From assembly GCA_973895155.1 (NCBI GenBank), contig OZ316893.1, positions 1,426,860-1,490,859 of the forward strand: DNA of 64,000 bases. The letters run 5' to 3'. The DNA is from Marsupella aquatica. Its lineage: Eukaryota; Plantae; Marchantiophyta. The stretch's first letter is position 1; every line of letters begins with the position of its first letter. The position numbers and the translations under genes are program-made. This document shows positions 1 to 12,810 of this stretch, one piece after another. Under the pieces are notes generated by a model. It searched no databases, was not told the origin of the DNA, and saw only the letters and a list, made by a program, of their open reading frames with translations.

Positions 1-7
1 AATTCAG

Positions 8-1546
8 GTGGCATGTCTACCGGGTGCAAGGTGGGTAGAACTCTATTGAATGTGGGTCATTCCTCCCCTCCTTTTCTTCGTTACAGCCTCCTGTTCAACG
101 AAGCAAAGAAATCAGTTGTTTTTTCTCCGTCACATCTGATAGCTGTTGGTCAGTGCAATGGGCACCTAGTTCCAACCCCTTTCAGTTTGTGGGCTCCACT
201 TTTCGTGATTAGGATATATATGATCATCCTGCAAAGGTTGAGCGACTACGAGCTCTAGGCTAACCAAAACAGGGTTGGACACGACGGGGCATCGTTCTAT
301 TGGACACTGAGCCTTGTGTTGCAAAGGGATAGGGGTGGACATGTCAATGGGCAGAACCACTGTCATAGTCTATTATTGACTACTGGATAGACACCTTACG
401 GCAGGATCTTGTTGTTTGCAGGCTATTGCAGACAAGGAAAGAATGCGAGAAGAAGCGAAGGCCGCTGAAAACCTCAAGAAGGAAGAGCAGCGGGCTGATC
501 AAGTAGTGCATGCCGCTGAGGTTGGTGTACAAATTGCTTTGCAAGCGGAATCTATCCGTCCGTCTGTCAATGAGATTTTTTTTGGTTAACGCAAATGTCT
601 GTAATCCGTGACTGAACCGGCATTTAATTGGAATTTCTCCTCACGACCAATGCCTGTCATTCTTTATTCCGTCTTTGTTATCCTCTATGCATAGAGATCG
701 TCGTCTTGCCTCAGTTCTTTGAAAAAAATAGCTCTTAGCAATGCTTCGTAGCAAAATAGTGGATATTGAGAGTGCCAGCCTTACTTTTGAAAAGCTGCGT
801 GACACGACAAGCAGTGCTAGCGTAGGAGGACTGAGAACTGAAGTAACTCAATGGTGTGGGATTTGTCGTTTGCACAGCTCAAAGCCGCCAAACTCATAGA
901 GCAGGCGAAGGAGAAGGCTGTGATGATCAAGGCAAACGCAAAGGAAGTATGTGAGAAGCACATCGCGGAGGCGCATACTTCCTCAGAGAGGGTAAGTGTT
1001 GTGCTTGATTTGTGGGCCATGAGTCCATAGAACTGTGTTAGAACTGTGTTACTGCTCAGTACTTTAGCAACGTCAATCAGATCATACCTTCTTAGTTAAT
1101 GACAGTGAAACACCACTTCGTTAAGTTTTAAACATTTTGTGCCCTAGCAAGTGTGGTATTCATCCATTTGTTTCAATCTCTCACGAGGTCTCTCACGAGA
1201 GAGTTGACACTAGATACTGCACATCTCGATTAGTATGTTTTATTAGAAGACTTTCGTTAACCCGGAATGGTATTCACATGCGGACGAATGATAGTTTTGA
1301 TCCACTTCGTGAGTGCAGCAATTCATAGTAATCCTTGCTACGTGTACGCCAATTCAATTGGTTCTTGTTATAGTACTTTATTCTGCTACTTGAATATAGA
1401 ATGGTCTCTTATTTTGCCAAAATTGTTGTTATCTGAACAGGAGAAGGCATCTATAGATGAAGGGAAATCTAGGAAATTCGCGGAAATCAAGGATCACGCG
1501 GAAACGATGATTGCAGCTGGAGAGCTCGTTTCACCTACCCGCAAAG
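8..1546 (+). pseudogene. Spliced gene remnant encoding an E/K/A-rich coiled-coil protein (5' part probably outside the window), possibly transposon-borne
   Basis: AG/GT-bounded exons in compatible phase: 8-30, 87-236 (in-frame TAG at 210-212), 422-520 (AIADKERMREEAKAAENLKKEEQRADQVVHAAE), 878-991 (LKAAKLIEQAKEKAVMIKANAKEVCEKHIAEAHTSSER) and 1441-1546 (EKASIDEGKSRKFAEIKDHAETM...). No family recognised. Confidence 0.55.
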
Positions 1547-1920
1547 GTGTAGGCCAGAGACTGAAGCAAAATCTCATCTGTCATTCTTAGATGAGCTTGT
1601 TATCAATGATCCTTAGATTAACTTGTCTTGAATTATTATACGAGTCGACTTGTCTGCTACCATCAGAAAGTGTTTAGACGAGGCCTTTTTTCACTTTGCA
1701 TATAGAAGCGAGTTCTTTCCACCTCGGAGAACAATACTTCGTGTACAGATTTTAGCTGTTGACCAAGTGATACTACTTGGAGTCGGGAGAAAGATAGGTT
1801 TCAAATTTCCGTCTTGAGAATGTATTGAGAGTATTGAGCAGCCGTTTGCGGGAAAAACGAAACTGGCTGTTTTGGAAGGCAAAATGTTGTAAAGGTTTCC
1901 TTCGAAACAAGTAGACGGCT

Positions 1921-2420
1921 TTTTTGACCATGCTTCTCTTCTTACTTTCTGAGCTGCATCCGAAGGTGAGCAATATTTGCCTTTGTGACCATGTTTCTCT
2001 TCTTACTTTCTGAGCTGCTTTCGAAGGTGAGGAATGTTTGCCTTTGTGACTATGTTTCTCTTCTTACTTTCTGAGCTGCTTTCAAAGGTGAGGAATGTTT
2101 GCCTTTGTGACCATGTTTCTCTTCTTACTTTCTGAGCTTTATCCGAAGGTGAGGAATGTTGTGTTCACACACAGCATTGTTGAACTCCTTGCATAGCCCA
2201 AAGGTGAGGGAATGTCTTGTTCACATACTGCATTGTTGCACTCTTTGCATAGCCCCCAAAGGTGAGCAATGTCTTGTTCACATACTGCATTGTTGCACTC
2301 CTTGCATAGCCCAAAGGTGAGGAATGTCTTGTTCACATACTGCATTGTTGCACTCCTTGCATAGCCCAAAGGTGAGGAATGTCTTGTTCGCATACTGCAT
2401 TGTTGCACTCCTTGCACAGC
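1921..2420. repeat. Compound minisatellite: ~4 x 60-bp units followed by ~5 x 55-bp units
   Basis: Unit A is TTTGCCTTTGTGACCATGTTTCTCTTCTTACTTTCTGAGCTGC...; unit B is TTCACATACTGCATTGTTGCACTCCTTGCATAGCCC...; both end in AAGGTGAGGAATGT. Confidence 0.9.
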
Positions 2421-2622
2421 GTCTGTAAAAAACTGTTTTGCAAGCTTAGCTTGAAGACACTTTTGGGCTTTCGCCTTGGTGGTTTTTCCCCAACAATGAA
2501 AGCCACGCCGCTGCTTCATCTGTGATGTATGCTGCCAAACTATGTCTGCCTTCCCGACCAGCAGACCACTACATTGTGACTCTGATCTGTATCTGATCGT
2601 CCTACATTGAGTGATATTAGTT

Positions 2623-3137
2623 CAGACAAGCAGTGCAAATTGATTCGGTTCGTGCACTAAAAGAATTGATGGATATTTGGGAATTTGCAATACGAGACAA
2701 TTGAGTAACTTCTCAATGCAAATTTGGTGATTCGAAGATTTTTGCCGGAAATTCCATTGGAAACTGTATTCATTAAGAAAAATTGACAATTCTTCACTGT
2801 ATCTCGTTATAAAAATCATCTACGTGTGAAATTGCAAGCTTCGCTTATATGATCATTTCTGAAAGTCCCACGATATAAGTCCAGACAAGCAGTGCAAATT
2901 GATTCGGTTCGTGCACCAAAAGAACTGATTGATATTTGGGAGTTTGCAATACGAGACAATTGAGTAACTTTCTCAACGCAAATGTGGTGATTCGAAGATT
3001 TTTGCTGGGAATTCCATTTAAAACTGTATTCACTATGAGAAATTGAAAATTCTTCACTTGATCTCGTCATAAAAAGGATTTACGTGTTCAATTGCTAGAT
3101 TTGCTTGTAAGATCATTTCTAAAAGTCCCACGATATA
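2623..3137. repeat. Tandem duplication, 2 x ~259 bp
   Basis: CAGACAAGCAGTGCAAATTGATTCGGTTCGTGCAC starts at 2623 and 2882; both copies end in AAAGTCCCACGATATA. Confidence 0.9.
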
Positions 3138-4139
3138 TTGTTCTTTGTTCGAATTATTCAGACCGAAACGGCAACAAATTCGGAACTGCAAAATTGCCAA
3201 TTGCAAAGAGCAAATCCTCAATCTGAAATAAACGTTTTAACTTAGAATTTATACATAAGGATGAATCGTTACTGCCACGTACATATGGAAATTTGGTAAG
3301 GGCACTGCTTACATCATGAACAATTGGGCTAATCAGAAGCTGCATTGAGGTCATATTTCTTCATAATACCCTTGACATAGTTTGCTACATGATATAGTTT
3401 GCTAGATGTGCAACTGTGGTACAACATAGTTTGCAAAATGACATAGAATTGCTAGATGTGCAACTAGTTTGCCAGATGGAGAAAACAATGTACACAACAT
3501 TCGGATAACTCACTAAGAAAATTATCATTCACTCTTTGCAACACATTCAAAATTGAAATTCTCGTAGGCCACATCAAAACTCTGTTACTAATGCCACGCA
3601 AAAAAGTCTTTATTACAATCACAGATGCATATACTGGAAGGTATTCATAAGCTCATAATAAACTGCTGGATGTGCAAGAGTGGTGCCACCATAACCCACA
3701 ATCTCATGTAAATAATATTTCCTGTATGCAAAGATGCTTATATTGTAGGAAAAAAAATGAAAAAATTCAAAGGAAAGTATTTTGGGGGGATCAAAAACCT
3801 AAATTATCCTCCATTCTCCCATTCTTCTCTTTTCTCACTTTTTTAGCATGTATTTCTTTAATAACTTTTTCTCTTTCATTGTGTCTTCCCTTTATCTTCT
3901 CTCTCCCCTTTTTTTTCTAAAGCCATACATTTTCTCTCTATCTCTCATGTCACCATAGGTCCATAGTGTCATAGTTTTAATATGTGAACATAATTATCAG
4001 TTGTACATTCTAGTATAACCTATAATCATGATACCTTCAAGTACATTTATGGTTGTTAAATGTGTACCTGAGTCTTTTGTCTTTGTGCATGTACTATGAA
4101 AAAATTTACATGAGACTCTACCATACCAATTAGTGTAAG

Positions 4140-4324
4140 ATAAGGAAGTATTTGTTTGATCAACCCCCAAAATGAAACTTGTTACTTGATTGACCCCCTG
4201 AGGTCTATTAACTGTCAAGATCTGAGATCCGAAGGTCCATCAACGGTCCAGATTGGGGAAAAGTATCGAGCAGGTTGATTAAGCAAACTTTTTTCCAGAA
4301 AGGGGTCTACTAAGCATATCTCTC
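4140..4324. mobile_element. Possible DNA-transposon (Mutator-like) terminus
   Basis: Internally, weakly self-complementary segment ending GGGGTCTACTAAGCATATCTCTC and containing CAACGGTCCAGAT, similar in style to plant MULE TIRs. No partner end or TSD seen. Confidence 0.3.
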
Positions 4325-6344
4325 TAAGCAGGAGAGACAATATGATAATGTTGCTTGCATCTAACAGTGATTAACAAGTAATATTTTTAATGGATGATCA
4401 AGATCGGATCCCGCCTTTTTTTAATTTAGTAAGGAGAAAAACCCAATAATGGCGGGACAGCATAGTATAGAGTTAGACAAACTGCAACTACCCTGGAATT
4501 TTACCAATGATGTGGGGGTGCATTATGCAAAATAGCATTTCATATGCATCCCAATATATGCACATCAACACAGGGTTTACCTTATGCTGCCAATATTTCC
4601 ACTCTGTGGGAATGTAATATGGTCACTTTTAAGCTCACTTTTTGAATAACATTTCTGAACCAACGGGTGATTGTAGCGTGCGAGGAAAAAGTAGAAAAAT
4701 TCTTGTGTCCTCGCATGAGCAAAAAACTTCCTTGTGTAACCCCTATTTTTCTATATGAAATTACGTCGCTAACACAACCTGGTTGGTAACATTCATTTTT
4801 GGGACTCCTCTTTTGCTAGCGCTAGCCATCTAGAGTCTTAACAAGACAAACAAAATATAAAAGGCAGCAAAAAACAAATGAAATTAAAAAAATCATTATT
4901 GTCTAGCTAACAATATTCTTTTCCTTATCAAAATTCTTGTTGCTCCCATGATACAATACCTTCGGACCAACTATAATGACCTACAACAATAGGTTTGCTG
5001 GGACAGTGGCCGTTAGGAGGATGAATACTATGCTAGCAGTCCTAGTTTTGTGCTAAGCCAGAGCAAGCGTTTGGCCTATTTATGACAATAGCACTTACCG
5101 TTTCCAATCGTGCACATATGGCATCCCATAGGCCACTTCGCATGCACAGGTCGTTGGCCCTACCTTAAACTGCCACTATTCCAAGCTATGGGGGTACAAA
5201 ATATACACTAATTGACCACTTTTTAAGACCATTTTTGGATTAGTGGTCCACTTCAGAACCATTATTATAGTCTTGAAGCTAGAGGAAAAAGACAGGTACG
5301 AGGCGAATTAACTGTACACCACAAGTTGTTTATGTGGCTCACGTTTCTCTCCGCTTCTGTGCCTCAGAAATTCATCCAACAGAAAATAAAATGCCCCAAA
5401 TATTCCATCTCCAGACCCACTTAGTCCGGTTTCCGGCTTTCAGAAATCAGCCCTCCCCAGTCTTGACACAGGTAACCGGTAACCGGCAGGCTGTCAATTG
5501 AACTCGTGTCTATCTACTTCAACGTTTACCGGCTTCACCGGGATTACGCACTTTCTGTCCCGGTACCAAGTATGTGGGTGGGGACAAAAGCCATGTGGCG
5601 CATAACCGAATATGATGGGGACGATTCTTTCCCCACACTACAAAATTATGCCGTGCAGTTTGCCGGGGTCAGAACCCTCTCGCGGAGCATAGTATATACC
5701 GGTATATTTGGTGCTATGTGGTTGGGGACGGCCAGTGCCGTGTTGGGGGGCGAGCTTTTGGAATAATCGTTCCAGGAATAGGATCCAGCATCATTTTATC
5801 CAAACTAGGGAGCCTTCAATAGGTCCCTAGCTTTTTAGTTGAGGGTGTCGAATGTGAGCTTGTGCGAAGAAGATGCTAGGAATTGTTCCTATCTAATTTA
5901 CTAGATTGATATTTGACCATTATTAGATCTCCCTGATTTAAGGGGGCTAGTGGGGTCCGTTTCAAGATAGGAAACAGGCTAATGGAAGAAAAATAACCTC
6001 GCTAATTGTTGCCAACAGTGGGGAAGAATTTCAGTGAGGTGAAATTTGGCCAACCAATAGGAAGGAAGATGGTTCCCACTTTCCCTCTCTCGTAACCCCA
6101 CCCTAAGTTTAAGGCCACCCTATAATGCAGTGTTGATTTGACCCACTTTTTTAATTTTTTTTGTTTGGGGGGGGGGAGGGGGGGGGCGGGGTGCCACTGC
6201 GGAAGAGACAGAGCGGCAAAATCAATTTAACCCACTGTTCACACAAAGGAGCAAGAAAAATGTATGAACTGCAAAGAAAGTCCTTTTTTGTATACAATTT
6301 TGTGTCAGAGATGTACTTCAATTGTGCTCTAATTGTCATTCACT

Positions 6345-7029
6345 AGTTTGGCCTTTCATTCCTTGACTTGTGTGGTAGTTTTGTGGGTTTCTTTCGTGTG
6401 GATGACCTGTTGTCACTTACCTTGTAAACCATCATTGGCCTGGAATGACTTTCTTCCTTGGTGTTAGTTTTTGAATTGAGGTATGGACTTGACCTCTGTG
6501 TTATTTGCTTGCATTTCTCCCACCAGGCAGCATGGGCTCTATTTTAGTTTGTTATTGTTGAAGTGGCAAGAGTGAACCATAATGGGGTCCCTTGTTGGTG
6601 ATGGGCACCTTGGCGAGTCCTTGCTGGTTGGGTTTCAAGTTGTGGCAGTGGTGTTTGGCTGGTTGTGGTGGATGGGAATGGCAGAGTCCATTTCAGTTTC
6701 CGTGCTGGTTTTATGCGCATGATTACTTCTTATGGCTGCTCTCTCAGGACACAATTCTTCACTCAGGATAGCTTATATACTCCCTTGGGATCCTCCCTCC
6801 CATTCTCTTCCGCCTCCTTCCTTCTGGCAGTTGGGGTGGAGGTTCCTTCTGGCAGTTGGGGTGGAGGTTGCCCTTCATCTTCTTTGGACTCTGGGTGTGT
6901 TCCTTTTATTGCCCCCTTAATTGCTTTTGTTCTTTCCTGCCTCCTCCCAGGCAGGTTTATGTATTTTTGCTGGTTCTCTCCGGTATAAAGTTTCTTTCCT
7001 GCTCTACTCTTTCTTGTGGGAAAAAAAAA
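6345..7029 (+). mobile_element. Probable 3' fragment of a poly(A)-tailed retroelement
   Basis: T/G-rich, A-poor segment ending in a pyrimidine-rich tail and A9 (7021-7029), like the 3' end of the adjacent LINE. No recognisable protein. Confidence 0.3.
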
Positions 7030-7160
7030 CCAAATGTATTCCAACTACTGCCATGGCAAGATCAGTGAGACACAAAGAAAAACAGACCCCACTTTCTGTT
7101 GTCTTTTTGTAAGGGGAATGCACATCAAGTAGCTAACAAGGGACTATTTATTAGTAACTG

Positions 7161-10100
7161 ATGTGCATTCCCACCCCTCCAGCATCCCCCTCCGGCCTCT
7201 TCATCCATGTCTGTTCCACCCCACCTCCTATCCAATCGTTCCCTGCTCCCTCCCCAGACGAGCATCCCCTGCATACTTGTCCTGACTGTGGCTGGGTTGG
7301 CCTCTCCCTTCCTAATCATCGCGGGCGGGGCCGGTGCCAACGTCGCCAGCACGCACTATCCCAGCCCCAGCCCCCTCTTGACCCAGTTAGCTCTGCCCCT
7401 CCTTCCTTGGAGGCTTCCGAGCAGGCATGGAGTTGGGTTCGCAGTCTAGACCCCCTTCCAGCCTACCATCCAGGGTACATTAGACCTCGCCTTTATAACC
7501 ACATCCCACTAGCGTTGCGCCCATTAGTTCGGTCATCCTTGTTGCAACTCATGTGACTTATCTTGGCGCATCCTATAGAGGTCTCCTATTGGTCTTTACT
7601 CATGCTATTTCCACAGTGGACTCTTACCCTCCCTAGTCACGGTGGTCGTGTGGGTCACCGTGAAACTGCCTCTCGTATCCATCATTTTCTGCGGGGAGAT
7701 TGGGAACAGCTTCAAGAAGAGTACTTTCTTCGAGCCCGTTCCTTTACTACCCGTGCTTTGTCTGACCCAGCTCGTCACTCTCATCCTCCAGAGCATAGAC
7801 GAGCATAGACGTCTTTGTTGTTCTTGTCGTTTAGCCCAGGCTGGTGAATATCGTCGTGTTGTCCAGGCCCTTTCTCTCACCACACCAGCCCCCCTGGCGA
7901 GGTCACCTTGACGGTCCTTCAGGATCTCCATCCACAGCCCTATGATCAGCTCCCTTTGTTCGTGGAGGATTTTGAGCCTGAGGAGGATCTTCAGTTTAGT
8001 AGGGACCACTTCACCTATGCCTTCCTCCATGCCCCGCGTTGTGCGGCTGGTGGCCCCTCTGGCTATGTCTTTGAGCATTTTCGTGGTTTATTCCACCCTG
8101 AGGATCCTCAGTCTAGTTTTCCAGTTTTCTTCTCCTTTTGGCAGTGTATTGTAGTCGGCCGTTTGCCTCCTCCCGTCTCTCGGCTTTTGAGTGCTTCTCG
8201 TTTATTGGCCATGGCTAAGTCTTCACCGGGTGTTTGGGCCATAGCTATTGGAGAGGTTTTTCTTCGTCTGGTGTCTCGCACACTTTCATCGCAGTATCGC
8301 TCTGCACTATCGGATCATCTCTCTCCACATCAGTTTGCAGTGGGCGTTCCTGGCTGTTGTGAGACAATTATTGCGAGTATTCGTACTACCTTGGACCTCC
8401 ATCCTGATTGGGTTGTCCTCCAGGTTGATGTCTCTAATGCTTTCAATACGGTTTCTCGGACAACAATTTTTTGTGCTTTGAGGGCGGCGGATCCAGACAT
8501 CCAGTCCCTTATCTCCTTTGTCCGTTGTTTTTATGGCCTCAAGGCCCCCCTCTTCTATAGTCATCACACCTCTACAGGAGTGTATACATACCACTCTTTC
8601 TTATGCAGAACGTACACGTCAGGGTGACCCTTTGAGTGGGCCTCTTTTTGCCATTGCCCATTTTCCAGCTTTACGGGAAAGCCTCCGCGGCCCACCCCCA
8701 GTTTATCTTCCCCTCTCTTTCAGATGACACCCACATCATTGGTCCACCTGCTGCGGTTACTTCTGCCCTCGCCACCCTTTCCACCCATTTGTTGGGCCTC
8801 AGTTTACAGGTTCAGCCAGTGAAGAGTCATGCATGGAGTTACCCTCTGATCTTGCGCTTCCCCCTGGGTTCTTACGTCCAGCCGACGGTCTTCGGGTCCT
8901 TGGCTCCCCAGTCGGTACCGCCTCCTTTTGCTCATCTTTCATTGCTGACGCACTACAGACTGCCTTAGCCCCTACTCCTATGCTCCCTAAGTTAGGAGAT
9001 TCTCAGGCAGCATTTGGGTTGTTGTTGAGAGGCATCCACCCTCGCACGTCCTATTTGGCTTGGACACATCCCCCTACCGAGGATCTGTATCTACACCTCC
9101 ATGCGTTTGATGTCTCCATTCGTGAGGCTTTGGCCTCTCTTTTGGGGCCAGGTACTTTGCTCTCATCTCCGTGGCTTCATCGACAACTCAGTCTTCCTAT
9201 TTCTCACGGTGGTTTTGGGCTTACTTCCACTGAGCGCCTTGCACCTTTGGCCTTTTTGGGCGCATGGGTGACCGCCTTCTTATTGTTGGAAAATCATTTC
9301 CTTACTGAGGATCGACCTTTTTTACTTCCGTCTCTCTTGGAGGTAGAGGAGGGTTCCCTCCCATTTCAGGTTCATTTGCGCGCGGCTGGGTCATCATTAC
9401 CAGATCCTGTTCGAGCTGCATTCCCTTCATTTCAGGAGTTTTTATCCTTTGACCCCGTCCGCCTTCAGGCAGACCTTGCTGGGCATATGCACGCTTTCAC
9501 CCTCTCCAGCATCCTCACCGAGGCACCTAACACGGATCGAGCTTGGATTCTTTCTTCCGGAGGGAAGGGCGCAGGAGGCTAGCTTCAGGCCAATCCCGTC
9601 ATTCCTCACCTACGGATGTCTTCAGTGGAGTTTACGACAGCCATGCGTCTTTGTATGGGCTTGCCCCACCCACTTCTTGCTGGTTTACCTCCTACTTGCA
9701 CTTGTGGGAAGCCTTGTGATGCCACAGGTGTCCATCTTCTTCGATGCAGTTTGGGAAGCGAAACCATTTTTGTTCACGACGCTGTGAGAGATGCCACTGC
9801 TCAGGTTCTTTCTGGCTCTTTGGTCACGGCGGGAGGTGGTGCTCGAGTTATTTGGTCCTCCATCACAACGGTTACGGGTGGATCTTACCATGGTCCGTGA
9901 GGGTCAACGTACTTTGGCAGATGTAGTGGTGGCAAACCCATTGCGCCAAGATATCATTGGGACAGCGGCAACAACGGCAGGGGCAGCACATCACGAGCAG
10001 CAACAATGAAGGAGGCCAAATATGCTGCACGAGCTTCTTCTGATAGCTTCCTGCCCCTTGCTCTTGAGATATTTGGGCGTCTCCATCATCAGTTCGACGG

Positions 10101-10520
10101 GCTTCTTCGCCAAGCTGCTCGGGATGTTCACGGCCGGATGGGTCCCACCGGACCCCCGCTATCTGTTTTGACCACGCACTTTTGCCAATGCATTTCAGTC
10201 ACCTTACAACATGCTCAAGCTTGGGCCATCTATCGTCGGTCTTTGACAATGGGTGCTAGCGTGACTCCGCAGCGGCTAGCCCCCCTAGAGGACATTCCAA
10301 TCCCACTTGCCGATTTAGTTTCGACACTTGATGTAGACCATTAGCTTTTGCCACATTTGCTAGGAATGATGAGGACCTCGGTCCATTTGCGGTAGTTTTA
10401 GTTCCTCTTTCTTGGTTTGTAGGGGTTTCCTTTTGCTCACTTCTTTTGCGTTTGGTTTTGTCCACTTGGGACCTCTCTTGTTTATTCTTTTGTACTCTAT
10501 TTGGCCCTTTTTTGTAAAAA
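7161..10520 (+). mobile_element. Degenerate non-LTR retrotransposon, RT plus restriction-like endonuclease (CRE-like clade)
   Basis: Frameshifted ORF pieces give an N-terminal Zn finger (CPDC...H...C) and RT motifs AIAIGEVFLRLV, QFAVG, DVSNAFN, RQGDPLSGPLF, LSDD (YxDD position), LRVLGSPVG and LSLPISHGGFGL. These are followed by CTCGKPCDATGVHLLRC...HDAVRD and endonuclease motifs RVDL...DVVVANP...KEAKY...FLPLALEIFGR. Coding ends at 10344, then a T-rich 3' UTR and short A tail (~10520). Confidence 0.9.
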
Positions 10521-12125
10521 GTATGTGTTTTTCCTAATACAGTTGAGGACAACAATGGATTCAACCACCGGCTAGTAAAAATATTAACTTCACACAATTC
10601 ACTGTTTGCAAAGCTGAAATATCCCAAGACTAGGTTTATCACATTTGATATGAGTAGTTTTAGTCAAATAAGTCTTAAGCGATGGGCAATCAGCTTGTTA
10701 GATTCTTCTCAAAAGTTTAGGTTTAGGTTTTATGTTTATATAATTTCACACAAAATGTATTTGCCAAAACCTGGCTTGCTTGATTGGTGATGTAAAAGCT
10801 ACACAGGTTAGAGGTGGCATTGTGCCTTGTAAATTACATCTAGTGATTCTAAGGTTGAGTTCATCTTTTAGGGACTACTATAGACAAATTCCCTTTCATG
10901 ACCCTCCTATGCTGTTTATTCTGGACTTTCACCAGATTTTTCAGTTACTAATAAATAGTTCCTTTGCCATAGTGGGAAACGTGCTTTAGTCTGCCCTAGT
11001 GGCAAACACTCAGGCTTTTAGGCTCTCTGATCTTCCCATTCCCACGGTTCTTTCATGTTTTCTCCCCTTTATTGGATCTTCTGTCTTTGGGATAGCCAAT
11101 TGGTAGCTTTTTGTTGTTTGACAATGTGATATATAATTTTTAGTAAGTATCGCTATTGCTATTCTGGTGGGGTCGATAAATTAATTAAATGATTTAGAGA
11201 GCCTGGGAAAAGAATCTGACCTTTCGATCATATCTGATCGAGTTAGAGAGCAAGATTCAAAACTCAATATTCTGTAGAATTCAACTGATCCGTAACGCCT
11301 CGAGAGTGGCCGTTTACAGTTGAATTCAAATCTTACATGGGCTCTTTGGCTTTTGGGTCTGTGTGGGTGCCCACCAGTAAAAGCAGGAGAGGTGACCCAA
11401 ATTGACTACTCAAAAAAATTAACATATATTCAAAATCGGTCCCACTGGAACAGCAATAGCTTGATGACGACCACTACAATCTCCTCTCATTTCCGCCCTC
11501 GATTGGCACAGACGCTCGAAATCTCCGCCCTCAATTTTGAAAACGGGCGGCACAGATGCATCGGATGTAAATGGTTAATATTCTCGGGAGAAGGTTTCTC
11601 CCCCCACGGAATCTTCCCTGCAGAGCAAAGGAGAGAAAAAAAAGAAATAATAATTCGACTGTCACCGTACTTTATTCGAAATGCAGCCATCCATCAATCT
11701 GGAGCGTTCATTGAGAGCGAGCCGACGAGGGAGATCGGGACTTTCCCAAAATAGATTTGGGCAGAGGTCCTGATTGGCGGGGGGATTCCATTTAAAGAAA
11801 GTGCGTGCTCGCTGGCAAAGCTCGCCGCTGCTGTTGCTCTGTCACGCAACGCTCCTCACGTCTGGGAGTGCGGTTTCTTCATTGCATGGAACCCAGATGT
11901 ACGCTCGCCTCCCCCCTTGATGTTTTAGTAGTAAAAAACAACGTGACTTTAGTGAAATCTGGTATTTTAACATCCCCTGTTTCTGTAGTGTTTTCCCGTT
12001 CGAAACAGAGGACGATTATTGCTCTCCTTCTCGTCTCGTCTTCTCTCCTCTTCTCTACTCGTCTCGTCTCTTCTCTTCTCGGTTATGCCCAGAGCTCTAA
12101 TGTCCTCCTCCGCCAGTCTCCGGAG

Positions 12126-12810
12126 TTCATTCACAATTCGTCGTCAGAATTGATTCCGGTGATTGAGCGCTCGAGTCCATAGATTTGCCGGTGCTGTCAG
12201 CTGAGGACTGGGTGGCTGGGTGGGCGGGCAGGGGCAGAGGAATCGAACGGAGCTTGCGGACCATTGCTCTCCGCCTTTTGTCTCGTACCACCATTCTGGT
12301 CTGGCATTCGCTCACTGCTGCAGCGTGATTTCCTCCCACTGTTGTCGTCGATTGGTTGGGTGGCTTGTCCGCGTCTGCTTGCCGTGCTCTGCTGCTGCGG
12401 GAAGTGATCGAAGGTCGGAAGTGGGGTCATATTCCGCATGCGCGCTTTGTCTTGCTGCCGGAATCGGTGGAAGGTCTCGCTAATTGGTGTCCATCCTCCA
12501 TTCTCGTATGGTATTCGTTCATTGCTGCGTGAATTTGTGTGGGTATTGACTCAATCGGTGTCTGCGTGCTCTGATCCTCCGGCAGTGTTCGAAAGTTTCG
12601 CCACCCAATTGGGGTCAATTCTGCGCCTGCTTGTTCTGAGGCCGGAAGCGTTCGAAGGGCTGAGCAATTGGCCTGTCAATTGGTCAATTGCTCTGCTCTG
12701 TTGTGCTCAGTCAGCTTTGCTTTTGCACCATTGTCCGATTGTAGTACCGTTCTGTCTGGTGGTCCCGGCCGAGGGATCAAATTGTTAGCTTCGCCAACTC
12801 ATCTGTTCAG
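12126..12810 (+). repeat. Non-coding leader of paralog A; copy 1 of a dispersed inverted duplication (copy 2 at ~24185-24877)
   Basis: Colinear blocks shared with the reverse complement of 24185-24877, e.g. GATTTGCCGGTGCTG, GTCCGCGTCTGCTTGCCGTG, TCTTGCTGCCGGAATCG, GCCGGAAGCGTTCGAAGG, CATTGTCCGATTGT, TCGCCAACTCAT. Confidence 0.9.

Noticed and set aside
10715-10735. Telomere-like GTTTAG repeats
   Set aside because: Only 2-3 imperfect units; not an interstitial telomeric array.
12438-12788. 116-aa ORF in the paralog A leader as a conserved uORF
   Set aside because: The homologous copy at 24185-24877 lacks the ATG and has indels in the aligned region.
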